A stretch of 64,000 nt of DNA from Octopus sinensis (taxonomy: Eukaryota). Positions within the stretch are counted from its first letter, which is position 1. Each line of letters opens with the position of its first letter. Below the pieces are notes generated by a model. That model was not told the DNA's origin, ran no database searches, and was given only the letters and a program-made list of their open reading frames with translations. Where the stretch lies: positions 136,586,001 to 136,650,000 of the forward strand of contig NC_042997.1 in NCBI RefSeq assembly GCF_006345805.1, in the 5' to 3' direction. Below, piece by piece: positions 26,270 through 38,189 of this stretch. Both the position numbers and the translations under genes were made by a program.

Positions 26270-26570
26270 ACCCTTACAAATCCTGAAGTTGATCGGATAG
26301 CGTTTAAGACTAAATTACAGCGATTAAACAGAACTAGCTCGCGTCTTGATCAACTCAAATTGTTGTGTTTAGAACGTAAGCTTTTAGCATCAAACATGCA
26401 AGGTTATTGACATATAGGAGAAATTTAAAATTCCTTTTCTCATGTGCTCGCCAGTATTGTTGTGTGGTATCGAATTATGGGCATTGCTCCAGGAAGATTT
26501 GGATCTGTTGTAAGTCTTTTAAAAGGAATGCCTTTGCCGAAAGAGTATTTAGTGTGAAATGAGTTATTCT
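26270..26570 (+). mobile_element. Highly decayed RTE-like LINE fragment
   Basis: PVLLCGIELWALL..L..F..ECL resembles the RTE PVLLYG.E.W motif. Confidence 0.5.
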
Positions 26571-26819
26571 ATTGTTTCCAAGCAAACTAATTTAGAACAA
26601 AGGCAGAAGATTCTAAATAGAATTCCATTTTAAATATCTGGTGGTACAGCAAGTTTGTTTTCCTCTGCATATAACTAAATACAGTAACTATTTTAACACT
26701 GTTGCATCTAATATCATTGGTCAAAGTACCATTTATATTTTGGTTTGATCTCCAATGATATTAAGATCGTATTTTTAAACTATATTTTGGATATTTCTCA
26801 GGAATTCCTACGCTTTGCT

Positions 26820-27260
26820 ATTTAGGCAAACAATGCGCCGCCGTCAGCAAATATAAGATCGGTGATATATCCATTCTGGTCAAACTGTATAACACATTCG
26901 GAATAGAAAATTTTCGTCATTATTGTATCGATGACAACATTTAATAATGTAAATGAGAGGGCATGGCCCTGTCTAACGTCATTCGGATTGGAAAATAGCC
27001 GGATGTTTTATCTTTAATTTCGACTGCACTGGCTGAAGCATCGTATATTTATTGCAGCGACCGGGTAAGATTCATACAACCTTAACAGCAATATATTTCC
27101 AGAAATCCGATGTGTGGACAGGACAAATAACAAATGCAACCTCGCGTCTATGAAAGCAATGATTACTCGTTTGTTACAGAGAATGCGTTCTTCCATAATT
27201 TGTCGAAATGTAAAAATTAGTAGCCGCAATTTAGGTGACGTGTTAAAGTTTCCCTTGCAA
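26820..27260 (-). mobile_element. Highly decayed RTE-like RT fragment
   Basis: LIFTFRQIMEE..IIAFID (ORF 27014-27346) and downstream YFADG.AL. Confidence 0.55.
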
Positions 27261-27454
27261 GAGTATTTATAAAATAAACATAAAACACTTACCGACAGTT
27301 GACGATGAACTAAACTCCAGTAATTATTATATGCACGTTTATCCACTTTAAAAAACCGCTACATTTCGTTCGAATTTTCCCACTAGTCTAGACAATGTAT
27401 ATAATAAATCTTTATAATTTTGGCACAATGCCAGAAATTTTCAAGAGAATGATA

Positions 27455-28297
27455 GGATCTTTTCCTTTTGAACGGCACATGTCAACACAATTTCTAGTTA
27501 ACTAAACACTTTTAAACTTCGTATACTGGTAGAATGTGTTCATAAAACATCATTTTTTCTTGGCTTTATTGAGAAAATTCTATATGTTGTAACATATTTC
27601 CACTTTAATTTCAAGCATTTCGGCAATTTTAACCAATCGCTGACCTCCATTTGTGGTGAAAACATTCCGTGCTGTATGAATATGTCCCTCGTTTAAGAAA
27701 CAGATTGGGTTTATTTACATTTGCGAAGAAAAAAGGATACCCTTCCCCCACCCCTAACCCTAACCCTAACTCTAACCCTAAATCTAAAATAGATTGAAAT
27801 GCAATAGATCGATACTAGGGTTATAATTATGGGTGACAATTTCATACGACATCGCTACGGAAAATGGGATTTTTTCTAGCAGTGTCAAATGAAAATGTCA
27901 CCCATAATTATAACCCTAGTATCGATCTATTGCATTTCAATCAATTTTAGATTTAGGGTTAGATTTAGGGTTAGAGTTAGGGTTAGGGTTAGGGTTAGGG
28001 GTGAGGGAGGGGTATCTTTTTTTCTTCGCAAATGTAAATAAATCCAATCTGTTTCTTAAACGAGGGACATATTCATACAGCACGGAATGTTTTCACCCCA
28101 AATGGAGGTCAGCGATTGGTAAAAATTGCCGAAATGCTCGAAATTTCAGACGAAATATCATACAAACTATAGAATTTTCTCAATAAAGCCAAGAAAAAAT
28201 GATGTTTTATAAACACATTCAACCCGTATACGAAGTTTAAAAATGTTTAGTTAACTAGAAATTGTGTTGACATGTGCCGTTCAAAAGGAAAAGATCT
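27455..28297. mobile_element. 843-bp fold-back element: two head-to-head hAT-type MITE arms containing TTAGGG repeats
   Basis: About 410-bp inverted arms; 8-bp TSD GAATGATA at 27447-27454 and 28298-28305. Confidence 0.92.
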
Positions 28298-28309
28298 GAA
28301 TGATAAGCT

Positions 28310-28950
28310 TATTACATCAATCTCAGTGCTTAACAGGTACTTATTTTATCGACTCCGAAAGAATGAAAGGCAAAGTCGTCTTTGATGGAATTTGAACTCA
28401 GAAAGTAAGGAGTTGGAAGAAATGCTGTTAAACATTCTGTCCGACGTACAAAAGATTCTGCCAGCTCGCCGCCTTCCGACAAATAATAATAATCCTTTCT
28501 ACTATAGGCACACGGCCTTAATTTTTGGGGGAGTGGGGGGTCTGGTCAATTACATCGACAGCAGTGCTCAACTAGTACTCATTTCATCGACCCTGACAAG
28601 ATGAAAAGCAAAGTCATCCTCGGTGGAATTTGAACTCAGAACGCAAAACCAGAAGAAATGCTGCTAAGCGTTTTGTCCAACGCGCTAACGATTCTGCCAG
28701 CTCATCGCCTTCAGACAATATATAATAATGGTTTCAAATTTTTGACACAAACTAGCATTTCAGTGCTCAACTAGTATTTATTTTATCGACCCCGAAAGAA
28801 TGAAAGATAAAGTTAACCTCGGCGGAATTTGAACTCAGAACCTGAAGGCAAAGTCGTCCTCGATGGAATTTGAGCTCAGAACGCAAAACCAGAAGAAATG
28901 CCTCTTGGCATTTTACCCGGCGTGCTAACGATCCTGCCAGATCCCCACCT
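28310..28950 (-). mobile_element. Cluster of three to four SINE family 2 copies or fragments in the same orientation
   Basis: AAAGTC..CCTCG.TGGAATTTGAACTCAGAA repeats at ~28370, 28615, 28810 and 28850. Confidence 0.85.
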
Positions 28951-29084
28951 TAGAAACAATATATCATAATGGATAGATACTTTGAAAGGTCAATGAATCG
29001 CCATAAATTTACCTACTTCGGATATTGTTCCATTAGTAACTTCATCTTCACCATTTTTCGATTCATCAACATAAACATAACTCT

Positions 29085-29495
29085 CGCTTTTTACTCTTTT
29101 ACTTGTTTCAGTCATTTGACTGCGGCCATGCTGGAGCACCGCCTTTAGTCGAGCAAATCGACCCCAGTACTTATTCTTTGTAAGCCCAGTACTTAATCTA
29201 TCGGTCTCTTTTGCCGAACCGCTAAGTTACGGGGACGTAAACACACCAGCATCGGTTGTCAAGCAATGCTAGGGGGACAAACACAGACACACAAACACAC
29301 ACATACATATATATATATATATACATATATACGACAGGCTTCTTTCAGTTTCCGTCTACCAAATCCACTCACAAGGCATTGGTCGGTCCGGGGCTATAGC
29401 AGAAGACACTTGCCCAAGGTGCCACGCAGTGGGACTGAACCTGGAACCATGTGGTTGGTTAGCAAGCTACTTACCACTCAGCCACTCCTGCGCCT
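29085..29495 (-). mobile_element. SINE family 1, copy a
   Basis: Full head-to-tail match. Confidence 0.92.
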
Positions 29496-29564
29496 ATTCG
29501 GATATTGTTCCATTAGTAACTTCATCTTCACCATTTTTCAATTCATCAACATAAACATAACTCT

Positions 29565-29975
29565 CGCTTTTTACTCTTTTACTTGTTTCAGTCATTTGAC
29601 TGCGGCCATGCTGGAGCACCGCCTTTAGTCGAGAAAATCGACCCAGGACTTATTCTTTGTAAGCCTATTATTTATTCTATCAGTCTCTTTTGCCGAAACG
29701 CTAAGTTACGGGGACGTAAACACACCAGCATCGGTTGTCAAACGATGTTGGCGGACAAACACAGACACACAAACATTTACGCACACACACACATATATAT
29801 ATACGTATATACGACGGGATTCCTTCAGTTTCCGTCTACCAAATCCACTCACAAGGCTTTGGTCGGCCCGAAGCAATAGTAGAAGACACTTGCCCAAGAT
29901 GACACGCAGTGAGACTGAACCTGGAACCATGCGGTTGGTAAACAAACTACTTACACACAGCCACTCCTGCGCCTA
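29565..29975 (-). mobile_element. SINE family 1, copy b
   Basis: Full head-to-tail match; 480-bp offset from copy a. Confidence 0.92.
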
Positions 29976-30444
29976 TACTCACAACTTATCATTTTTTAAA
30001 ACTTTAATTTAAAATGTATCACCTGGACATGTGCCTCTTACAGCTTTATTTTATAATGCAACTTGGAGAAGACCATTTCTTTTTCATTAGACGCATTTTA
30101 AATGTGAAATATTCTTGTTTGTTTTAGTTTTTCTACAAAACACAACGACATTTAAAGTTCTTAATTACTGATGTTTTATTGCAATATAACCTAGCAAGCA
30201 GTAATACTTAAATTAATTACATTGGTCTTAATTTTCTCTTGACCTGTAATAAGGATGAATTTCTATTGACAAAATATTCTAATTCAAATTTTGTTTGTTT
30301 GTTTGTTGTTGTTGTTGTTGTTGTGGTGGTGGTGGTGGTTTGCAGTTTTTTTGCGAAGAGTGAAAAGTCAGAGTTAATTAAAATCTATTTAAGTAACTCT
30401 GACTTTTCACTATCCAATCTGTTTCCATTACTTGTAACCTTTTA

Positions 30445-30650
30445 AGTTTTACTTGTTTCAATTATTGAACTGCGGCCGTGCTGGAGCACTGACTTCACGG
30501 TTTTAGTCAAACAAATCGACTCCAATACTTATTTTTTTAAATCTGCTACTTATTTAATCGCTTCCTCATGCTGAACCGCTAAGTCATGGAGGCGTAAACA
30601 AACTAACACCGGTTGTCAAATGGTGCTGGTTGATAAACACAGACACTCAT
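30445..30650 (-). mobile_element. SINE family 1-related 3' fragment
   Basis: TTTACTTGTTTC..CTGCGGCCGTGCTGGAGCAC..CCGGTTGTCAA. Confidence 0.7.
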
Positions 30651-31039
30651 CTACAATTTTTTTTTTTTTGTTGCTGTTGTTTTGATGTTATTCTATTGAC
30701 GGCTTTGTTTGCACGAAAATACTTTAAGCTTAATATAGGAGCCATTGTTTTGAGTGATTTGGAATGGGGAAAGGTAGCCTTCAAAACATGAAGGTATGAT
30801 TTTGTTCTGCACTGATACTCTAGGTATCCATGTCACCAAACACTGAAGAATAAATGTATTTTCTTGTTAATGTGTTTTAAGTGTTTGTATGGCGATGCAG
30901 TGTGCGTTGTGCATGTAGGCAAAAATGTGTATGCGTATGAGTCTGTTTGATTACGGCTTTCATCGCCCCGTGCGTGTGTATGTGTGTGTGTGGTAATGAA
31001 AGCTGTAGAGAAAAGTGGTTAGTCTATTAAGCTCATACA

Positions 31040-32195
31040 TATCTAGAGATGAACTTGAATCCCAACATTGGTTGTAGTATCGTCAAATCATCTGCTCTTG
31101 ACGAGGCATGGTTGGTTGCAGCCATCCTCTACCATACAGAGGAAGAGGCAGAAATTTTGAAAATGTCCAAAACTACGAAGGTGAACTTGTGGGGATACGG
31201 GCTAGAGGTGACAGTTCATATAAGTCTGCCAGACCTCCATAAGATTGTGGGAGAGCTGGTTTTGCCGGATAAAACTAGATTGAGGTTTATTGTGGAGGGT
31301 AGACTTCCAATATGTTTTTGTGTGTGTGTGTGTGGAGTAAGGAGACATATGAAGATCAAGTGTCCCCAGAAACACGAGGTGGAAATAACAGAAAAAGAAA
31401 TTCAAGAGGAAGAGAAAATGGAATAGCCATTTACGGTAGTGAAAAGAAAAAAGAACTTAGAATCACCACCAAAAAGCCCCAAGGAGAAAAAAGAAAGACA
31501 AACGAAGAGGAGAATAAGAAAGAAAAGAGAAAAAAAATGGAAAACCAAATGAAAAATCAAGTGAAATGCGAACGCACGAACCGTTGCCTTCAACTAGCAA
31601 GGAAGAAGGAGTACGAACGAAAGAAAGGAAAGAAAGAGACAGCGAATTAGAGACAGATACATTTATGACAGACAAAGAGAGTGGTAAATGATATCAGAGA
31701 ACGATACCTACAGGGAGAAACTTAAGAAACCTCGTAGTATATGAAAAAAGCGTCGAAACTGAAAAGAGAGTAACAAAAATGAAAAATATTATCAGAGTGA
31801 AAATGGCAAACCATGAAAGTAAGAAGGATGTGCTGTTGGCGAGAGAAAGAGGGGAGTGGTTAGTAGAACTATTTGAAGAGAAAAAAGAGTTGAAATAATA
31901 CCATATCAGTATAGATACGACGAGCTGTCGGCTGTTGTATTTTTTGATGATATAAAGCATTTGTTGTAATTTTGTGTTAAGGAAAAGATACAAAACTGTA
32001 AAGTAAAACTGAAATTAAAAAAACAGTAAAATGGAACTACCTACTTTGGTGGGTAGGAAAGACATTTCATTCTCATTTTAATTATATTCATAATTCATCC
32101 GATATGTATTTTCATGTACCCCAATGTAATGCTTTGTCTGTCCTTGTTCTGTCCCCTCTATGTTATGGCCGTAGTGCCAAAATAAAGTAAAGTTG
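31040..32195 (+). mobile_element. Decayed LINE ORF1 (gag-like CCHC) element with a 3' tail but no detectable ORF2
   Basis: ORF 31049-31426 has RFIVEGRLPIC[FCVCV]CGVRRHMKIKCP (C-x2-C-x4-H-x4-C expanded by (TG)n), then a Lys/Glu-rich region; tail 32133-32192 resembles the SINE2a tail. Confidence 0.62.
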
Positions 32196-32569
32196 TTCAA
32201 TTGGATTCTGGAAGCTGTGATTGCCTGTTTAGTTTATGCACATTGTGCTTTGTGTTAGGCATTTAGAGATTTATCTTATGCTCCGGGAATTCGCCAGAAC
32301 TTTTGTCAGATTTAAAATAATTTCCGTGCCACATCTGAGTCCAAGGTTCGAAATCCAACGTTCAAAAACCGAATTTGTACTAAAATGGAAATTCAGATTT
32401 TATGAAATCCAAATTTTGGGAATCCATCTTTTTGAAAAACCAAATTTGTGAGGCCAGGTTTTGTGTGAGACAAATTTTGGTGAAACCAAAAATTGTGAAT
32501 CCAGAGTTACGGATCCAAATATGTGAAATCAAGTTGGTGAAGCTGGGATTCTTAGTCCGAATTTCTGAA

Positions 32570-32670
<101 letters not shown>

Positions 32671-32969
32671 ACCTTTGCAAATATTTTGCCTGCACGTCTG
32701 GTATGGCATTGGTTTTTTGTTTTGTTCGTGTATATATTTGTTTTGTATGTAGGCTGTTTTTTTTTGCTGACAATTAATATTTTACAAAAAATATCATAGT
32801 GTGTTGTTGTTTTGGGTTCATCCTATCCTCGTTGATTCTGTAAATTCAGGTTATGGCCACAGGTCGTAACAATAGATAGATATGAAAGTGAAAAATGTGG
32901 GTAACGAGTTGGTGTAAGTAAAATTATTGGAATATATAAAAAAAACTATTTTTCATCTTTTAATTTTTT

Positions 32970-33188
32970 GTTTGTTTCAGTCATTGGACTGTGGCCATAC
33001 TGGAGTAGAGCCTAGAAGGGTTTAGTCGAATAAATGTATCTCAGTTCTTATTTTTAAGTCTACTATTAATTCTATCAGTTTTTTTTTTTGCCGAACTACT
33101 AGGTTACGGGAACGTAAACAAACCAACATCAGTTGTCAAGCGATGGTGAGAGACAAACACACACAAACACACACACACACACACACAT

Positions 33189-33251
<63 letters not shown>

Positions 33252-33365
33252 GAAGAGCTTCTACACAGTTTTCGTCCACCAAATTCACTCACATTGTATT
33301 GATCGGCCATGGCTACAGCAGAAGACGCTTGCCCCAGGTGCCACGTTGTGGGACTGAACCCAATA
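32970..33365 (-). mobile_element. SINE family 1 variant
   Basis: TTTGTTTCAGTCATTGGACTGTGGCC..GTTGTCAAGCGATG..GGGACTGAACC. Confidence 0.85.
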
Positions 33366-33519
33366 TCAAAGCAATAGTCCCACAACTAGATAGCTCTAAC
33401 ATTAACTTGTCAAATGCAGTATAGCTAAATTTAAAAAACGACACCTCAGCCTCTACGAAACAGAGAGATGTGTTTTATTGAGAATTCTCCCAGCCTGGTA
33501 AGCGGCCAGAAGAAACTGT

Positions 33520-33938
33520 GGATCTTTTCGGTTTGAACGGCAGTTTTTTTCTAGCGGTCCATATGAAATTGTCACCCATAATTATGACCCTAGTATCGAT
33601 CTATTGCATTTCAATCTGTTTTAGGGTTAGGGTTAGGGGTGGGGGGAAGAGTATCTTTTTTTCTTCCCAAATGTAAATAAACCCAATCTGTTTCTTAAAC
33701 GAGGGACATATTCATACGGCACAGAATGTTTTTTACCTCAATAGATGTCAGTGATTGGTTGAAATTGCAGAAATTGAAGAAAAAAAACAACAAATATCTT
33801 ACAAACTATAGAAGTTTTTCAATAAAGCCAAGAGAAAAAGATGTTTTATTTTGACACATTCTACCAGTATACGAAGTTTAAAATTTTTTAGTTACCTAGA
33901 AATTATGTTAAAAACTGCCGTTCAAACCGAAAAGATCC
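33520..33938. mobile_element. 419-bp hAT-type MITE (monomer of the 27.5-kb fold-back) with internal TTAGGG repeats
   Basis: About 28-bp TIRs GGATCTTTTCGGTTTGAACGGCAGTTTT; 8-bp TSD GAAACTGT at 33512-33519 and 33939-33946. Confidence 0.92.
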
Positions 33939-34189
33939 GAAACTGTTAAGTCGTTCAATAAGCAAACACTACTAAATGTATTTAGTTGGGAAATATACAC
34001 TAAGAAGTCCTGTTGGGTGACGATTTTGATTGAAAAATTAAACAGTGGAGCGAGTGCTATAAAGATGAGGTGACCGCTGGTGTGCGTGTTTCAAAAGTCG
34101 GTCGCTTTCACTGTATTTCATTTAAATTCAGTTACAAGTGCTCTTGATAAAAGCTTAAAGACTTCAGATTTCATTTCTAGTTTCCCCTG

Positions 34190-34392
34190 ACAAGGGGCTA
34201 AACAAGGACAGACAAACGGATTAAGTCGATTACATCGACCCCAGTGCGTAACTGGTACTTATTTAATCGACCCCGAAAGGATGAAAGGCAAAGTCGACCT
34301 CGGCGGAATTTGAACTCAGAACATAACGACAGACGAAATACGGCTACGTATTTCGCCCGGCGTGCTAACGTTTCTGCCAGCTCGCCGCCTTG
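34190..34392 (-). mobile_element. SINE family 2 (tail variant a)
   Basis: Head AAGGCGGCGAGCTGGCAGAA..GAGTTCAAATTCCGCC with A/B-box-like motifs. Confidence 0.9.
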
Positions 34393-35174
34393 TTGTTGCT
34401 GATAAATCAAAAGATGTTAAATAGTTAATCTGCGTAGTAGAAACTATTAAGATAGAAGCAGAATATATTTTTTTTTATTCTGTATGTATCCATTTGAATT
34501 TGTGTGTTTGTATACTTGTCTATATATGTCAAGCTTGCATACATAATTTTTCTTATTTCGTTTTTTCCCCACCCCTCCTTTTTCTTTTTTCCTTCACCCT
34601 TCTTCGTTCCTTTTTCTCTCTCTTCCTTTCTTTCGTTTTTTTCTCTAACTGATACTGGTGCATACAACTTTACGTCCCCCTCACTTAAGCTTTACTCCGT
34701 AAATAAGAAACGCTACATTAGCATCCATGATTTTAACTTGCGTGCGAGATAGATTGCGTATACATATGTATGCGTGCATTTGTGTGTATATTTTAGATTT
34801 ATATTTATACGTCTGTATATGTATAGCGTTTGCACGCATCCTTCTGTGTATGTTGATATATATATGTACACTTTAATATGAATATGTATTGCAGTGTAAT
34901 ATTTATAATGCGTTTTAATTTCCATGTATTAATTATATTTCCTTCATTAACGTCAATATGTATTTTATTCAATGTAAGGTTTTTTCCTCGAATTTTATAA
35001 TTTTTACAATTTTTATAATTTTTTTTATATATATATACATATATATTTTTGAGCTCATTTTTTTGTTTATCGCTCGAAGATTGACCGTTATTTCTAAAGG
35101 CCAATAAAACAAGTCCATTTTTCAAAGGTGTAGCGTTTGTAAGAGTCTGGATTGAATTGATATATCGGTTCCAT

Positions 35175-35235
35175 TCTAACAAAAACTGTCTGATGAACGG
35201 CAACGAGAAACTCAGAGTAACAGATTTTGTTGAAT
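35175..35235 (+). ncRNA. Minimal type I hammerhead ribozyme motif, probably the end of a Penelope-like element
   Basis: CTGATGA (35190-35196), stem II cg-GCAA-cg, GAAA (35207-35210), 3-bp stem III, GTA triplet (35217-35219), and a long stem I TAACAAAAACTGT/ACAGATTTTGTTG. Confidence 0.68.
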
Positions 35236-35255
35236 TTTCTGCTGCTTTAAATAAA

Positions 35256-35294
<39 letters not shown>

Positions 35295-35295
<1 letters not shown>

Positions 35296-36744
35296 GAGGG
35301 GCTACCCAAAAGTAACCGGAAACGTTCTCTGCAGGACAATCCCGTTGTAGTTCAGGCTTCTACCGCTAGAAGCCGCTTGATGCAACCCTCAGGTATCAGT
35401 TTGTCGACCGGCGTCGTCGTGTGGAGTCGTACTGCCACGTGGTGCATCTTTGGCAGTTCATTGATGGCTGAAAGGAAAAGACAGCCTGCTTTCTGCTGGA
35501 GAAACCGGCGTCTGAAACAGTTGTCATGCTTCAAAGAGCGTATAAGGACGCTGCCATGAGCAAAACACAAATTTACGAGTGGTTTCAGGATTTAGGAATG
35601 GTCACTTGTTAGAAGACCAGCCTCGTTTAGAGCGACCGTCGACCTCTAGAACGAACGAAAACATCACGAAAATTCCTGAACCGTCGCCAAACAATTGACA
35701 AACTTGTTGATATGACTCGTGTATCCTGGAGCTCCTGCCAACGAGTTTTGAGTGAGGAATTACAAATGAAAAGAGTTGCAGTAAAATTGTGCCTCATTTG
35801 CTCACGGATGATCAAAAGCGGTCATGACTAAATGCATGTCGTGAACCGAAAAACAGTTGGAAGTTGATCCGAACCTTTTTTCGAAGCAATGCCTAGGCCC
35901 AGAAGCGTTTTTCACCGTTCGAAGCTGTTGTGGGGCTCTTGCGATGTGATGCCTTCTAACGCCTCCGTAGTTTTTTTGGGGGGGGTGGGGGTCACCTCTT
36001 CCACATCTGCGAACTGTTTTCTTTTAAGGACTTTTTCATTCAGGGGAACAAAAAAAAAGTTGCAGGGAGCAAGATCAGGTAAATAGGGAGGGTGGGTAAG
36101 CGCTACATCTACGACCCGGAAACGAAGCAGCAATCAAGTCAATGGAAGCATTCAATGTCACCACGCTCCCCAAAGTGCTTCAAGTGAATCCAATGTCAAG
36201 ACTATGCTGATTTGTTTTATCGATGCGAAAGGAATTGTCTACACAGAATGTGTTCCTCCTGGTCAAACTGTTAACCAGACATTTTAGTTGGCAATTCTGA
36301 AGCGTTTGCGTGACGCAATGAGACGAAAACTCCCTGAACAGTGCCAAAGTGGAGAGTGATGGTTTCATCAGGTCAATGCACATGCGCACACCGCCTTTAG
36401 TGTGAGATAGTTTTTGACCAAAAATGACATGACCCCGCTTACCCACCCTCCCTATTTACCTGGTCTTGCTCCCTGCGACTTTTTTTTGTTCACCCGAATT
36501 AAAAAAGTCCTTAAAAGAAAACATTTTGCAGATGTGGAAGAGGTGAAAAAAAAACAAACGACGGAGGCGTTAGAAGGCATCACTTCACAAGAGCTCCAGG
36601 ACTGCTTCGAACAGTGGAAAACGCTTCTGGGTCTAGGCATTGCTTCAAAGGGAGAATGCTTTGAAGGCAATAAACGTGTAAACATGTAAAACTAATTGAG
36701 TAATATAATATTGCAAAATTCCAGTTTCTTTTGGGTACCCCTCG
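35295..36744 (+). mobile_element. Mariner DNA transposon with decayed transposase and an internal inverted duplication
   Basis: TIRs CGAGGGG(C)TACCCAAAAGTAACCGGAA / TTCCAGTTTCTTTTGGGTACCCCTCG with TA flanks; motifs KTQIYEWF, YDPETKQQSSQW, VPPGQTVNQ and HPPYL..LAPCDFFLF. Confidence 0.93.
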
Positions 36745-37222
<478 letters not shown>

Positions 37223-37756
37223 CATTGAAACGAATTTATGTCGTCACTGTTTAATGTTGTCACTGATCGGCTTTGCTGTTGTTTAACTATTTATCGTTTT
37301 CCACTGTCCCGTTCAACAGTCGTTCTGACTTGGATTGTTGATTACATAATCATATATCTTTTGCTAGGCCACATCCTGTTTAGCTAAAGTTGTGTATTTA
37401 TTTATCGTTTATTCAGTCACCGGTTCAGTAGCTGTCCTGTATCTACCTTCAGATTACATCTTTAATATCCTGTTTCACTCAAATTGTCATTCTACGTATG
37501 TCTAACTGTTGCTTTATATTTGAAATCACTCACAGTAATTGTTTTTTGTTAATCTATGTCTCTTAATTCTTATTGTTTTCTATGAACTAATTTGCTGGTT
37601 ATTTTGTTTATTGTCCCATAGATATTGACATTGTTGTCCCTTCATTGCTGTTTCTGGTGTTGTTGCGACAAGATGTTCTTGTTTGTAGTTCAAATCAATT
37701 TTTTAAAATTAATCTGTTTGGTCTCTCCAGTGTAATATTTATTTCTTCATTGTCCA

Positions 37757-38135
37757 CAGGGGACTAAACATAGAAGGGACAAACGAGGACAGACAAAGGG
37801 ATTATGTTGATTACATCGACTCCAGTGCGTAACTGGTACTTATTTAATCGACCCCAAAAAGATGAAAGGTAAAGTCGACCTCGCCGGAATTTGAACTCAG
37901 AACGTAATAGCAGACGAAATACCTATTTCTTTACTACCCACACGGGGCTAAGCACAGAGGGGGAAAACAAGGACAGACAAACGGATTAAGTTGATTATAT
38001 CGACCCCAGTGCGTAACTGGTACTTATTTAATCGACCCTGAAAGAATGAAAGGCAAAGTCGACCTCGGCGGAATTTTAACTCAGAACGTAACAGCAGACG
38101 AAATACGGCTACGCATTTAGCCCGGCATGCTAACG
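37757..38135 (-). mobile_element. Two tandem SINE family 2a copies
   Basis: Body repeated at 37757-37920 and 37921-38135. Confidence 0.9.
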
Positions 38136-38189
38136 ATCTATTTATGTTATTCTTTTTTTAAGTCCCAAAAGGGATAGAAACGTTCGATA

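Noticed and set aside
27751-28000. Inverted telomeric repeats as a chromosome-fusion scar
   Set aside because: The short tracts are internal parts of a MITE bounded by TIRs and an 8-bp TSD; the monomer at 33.5 kb has the same motif.
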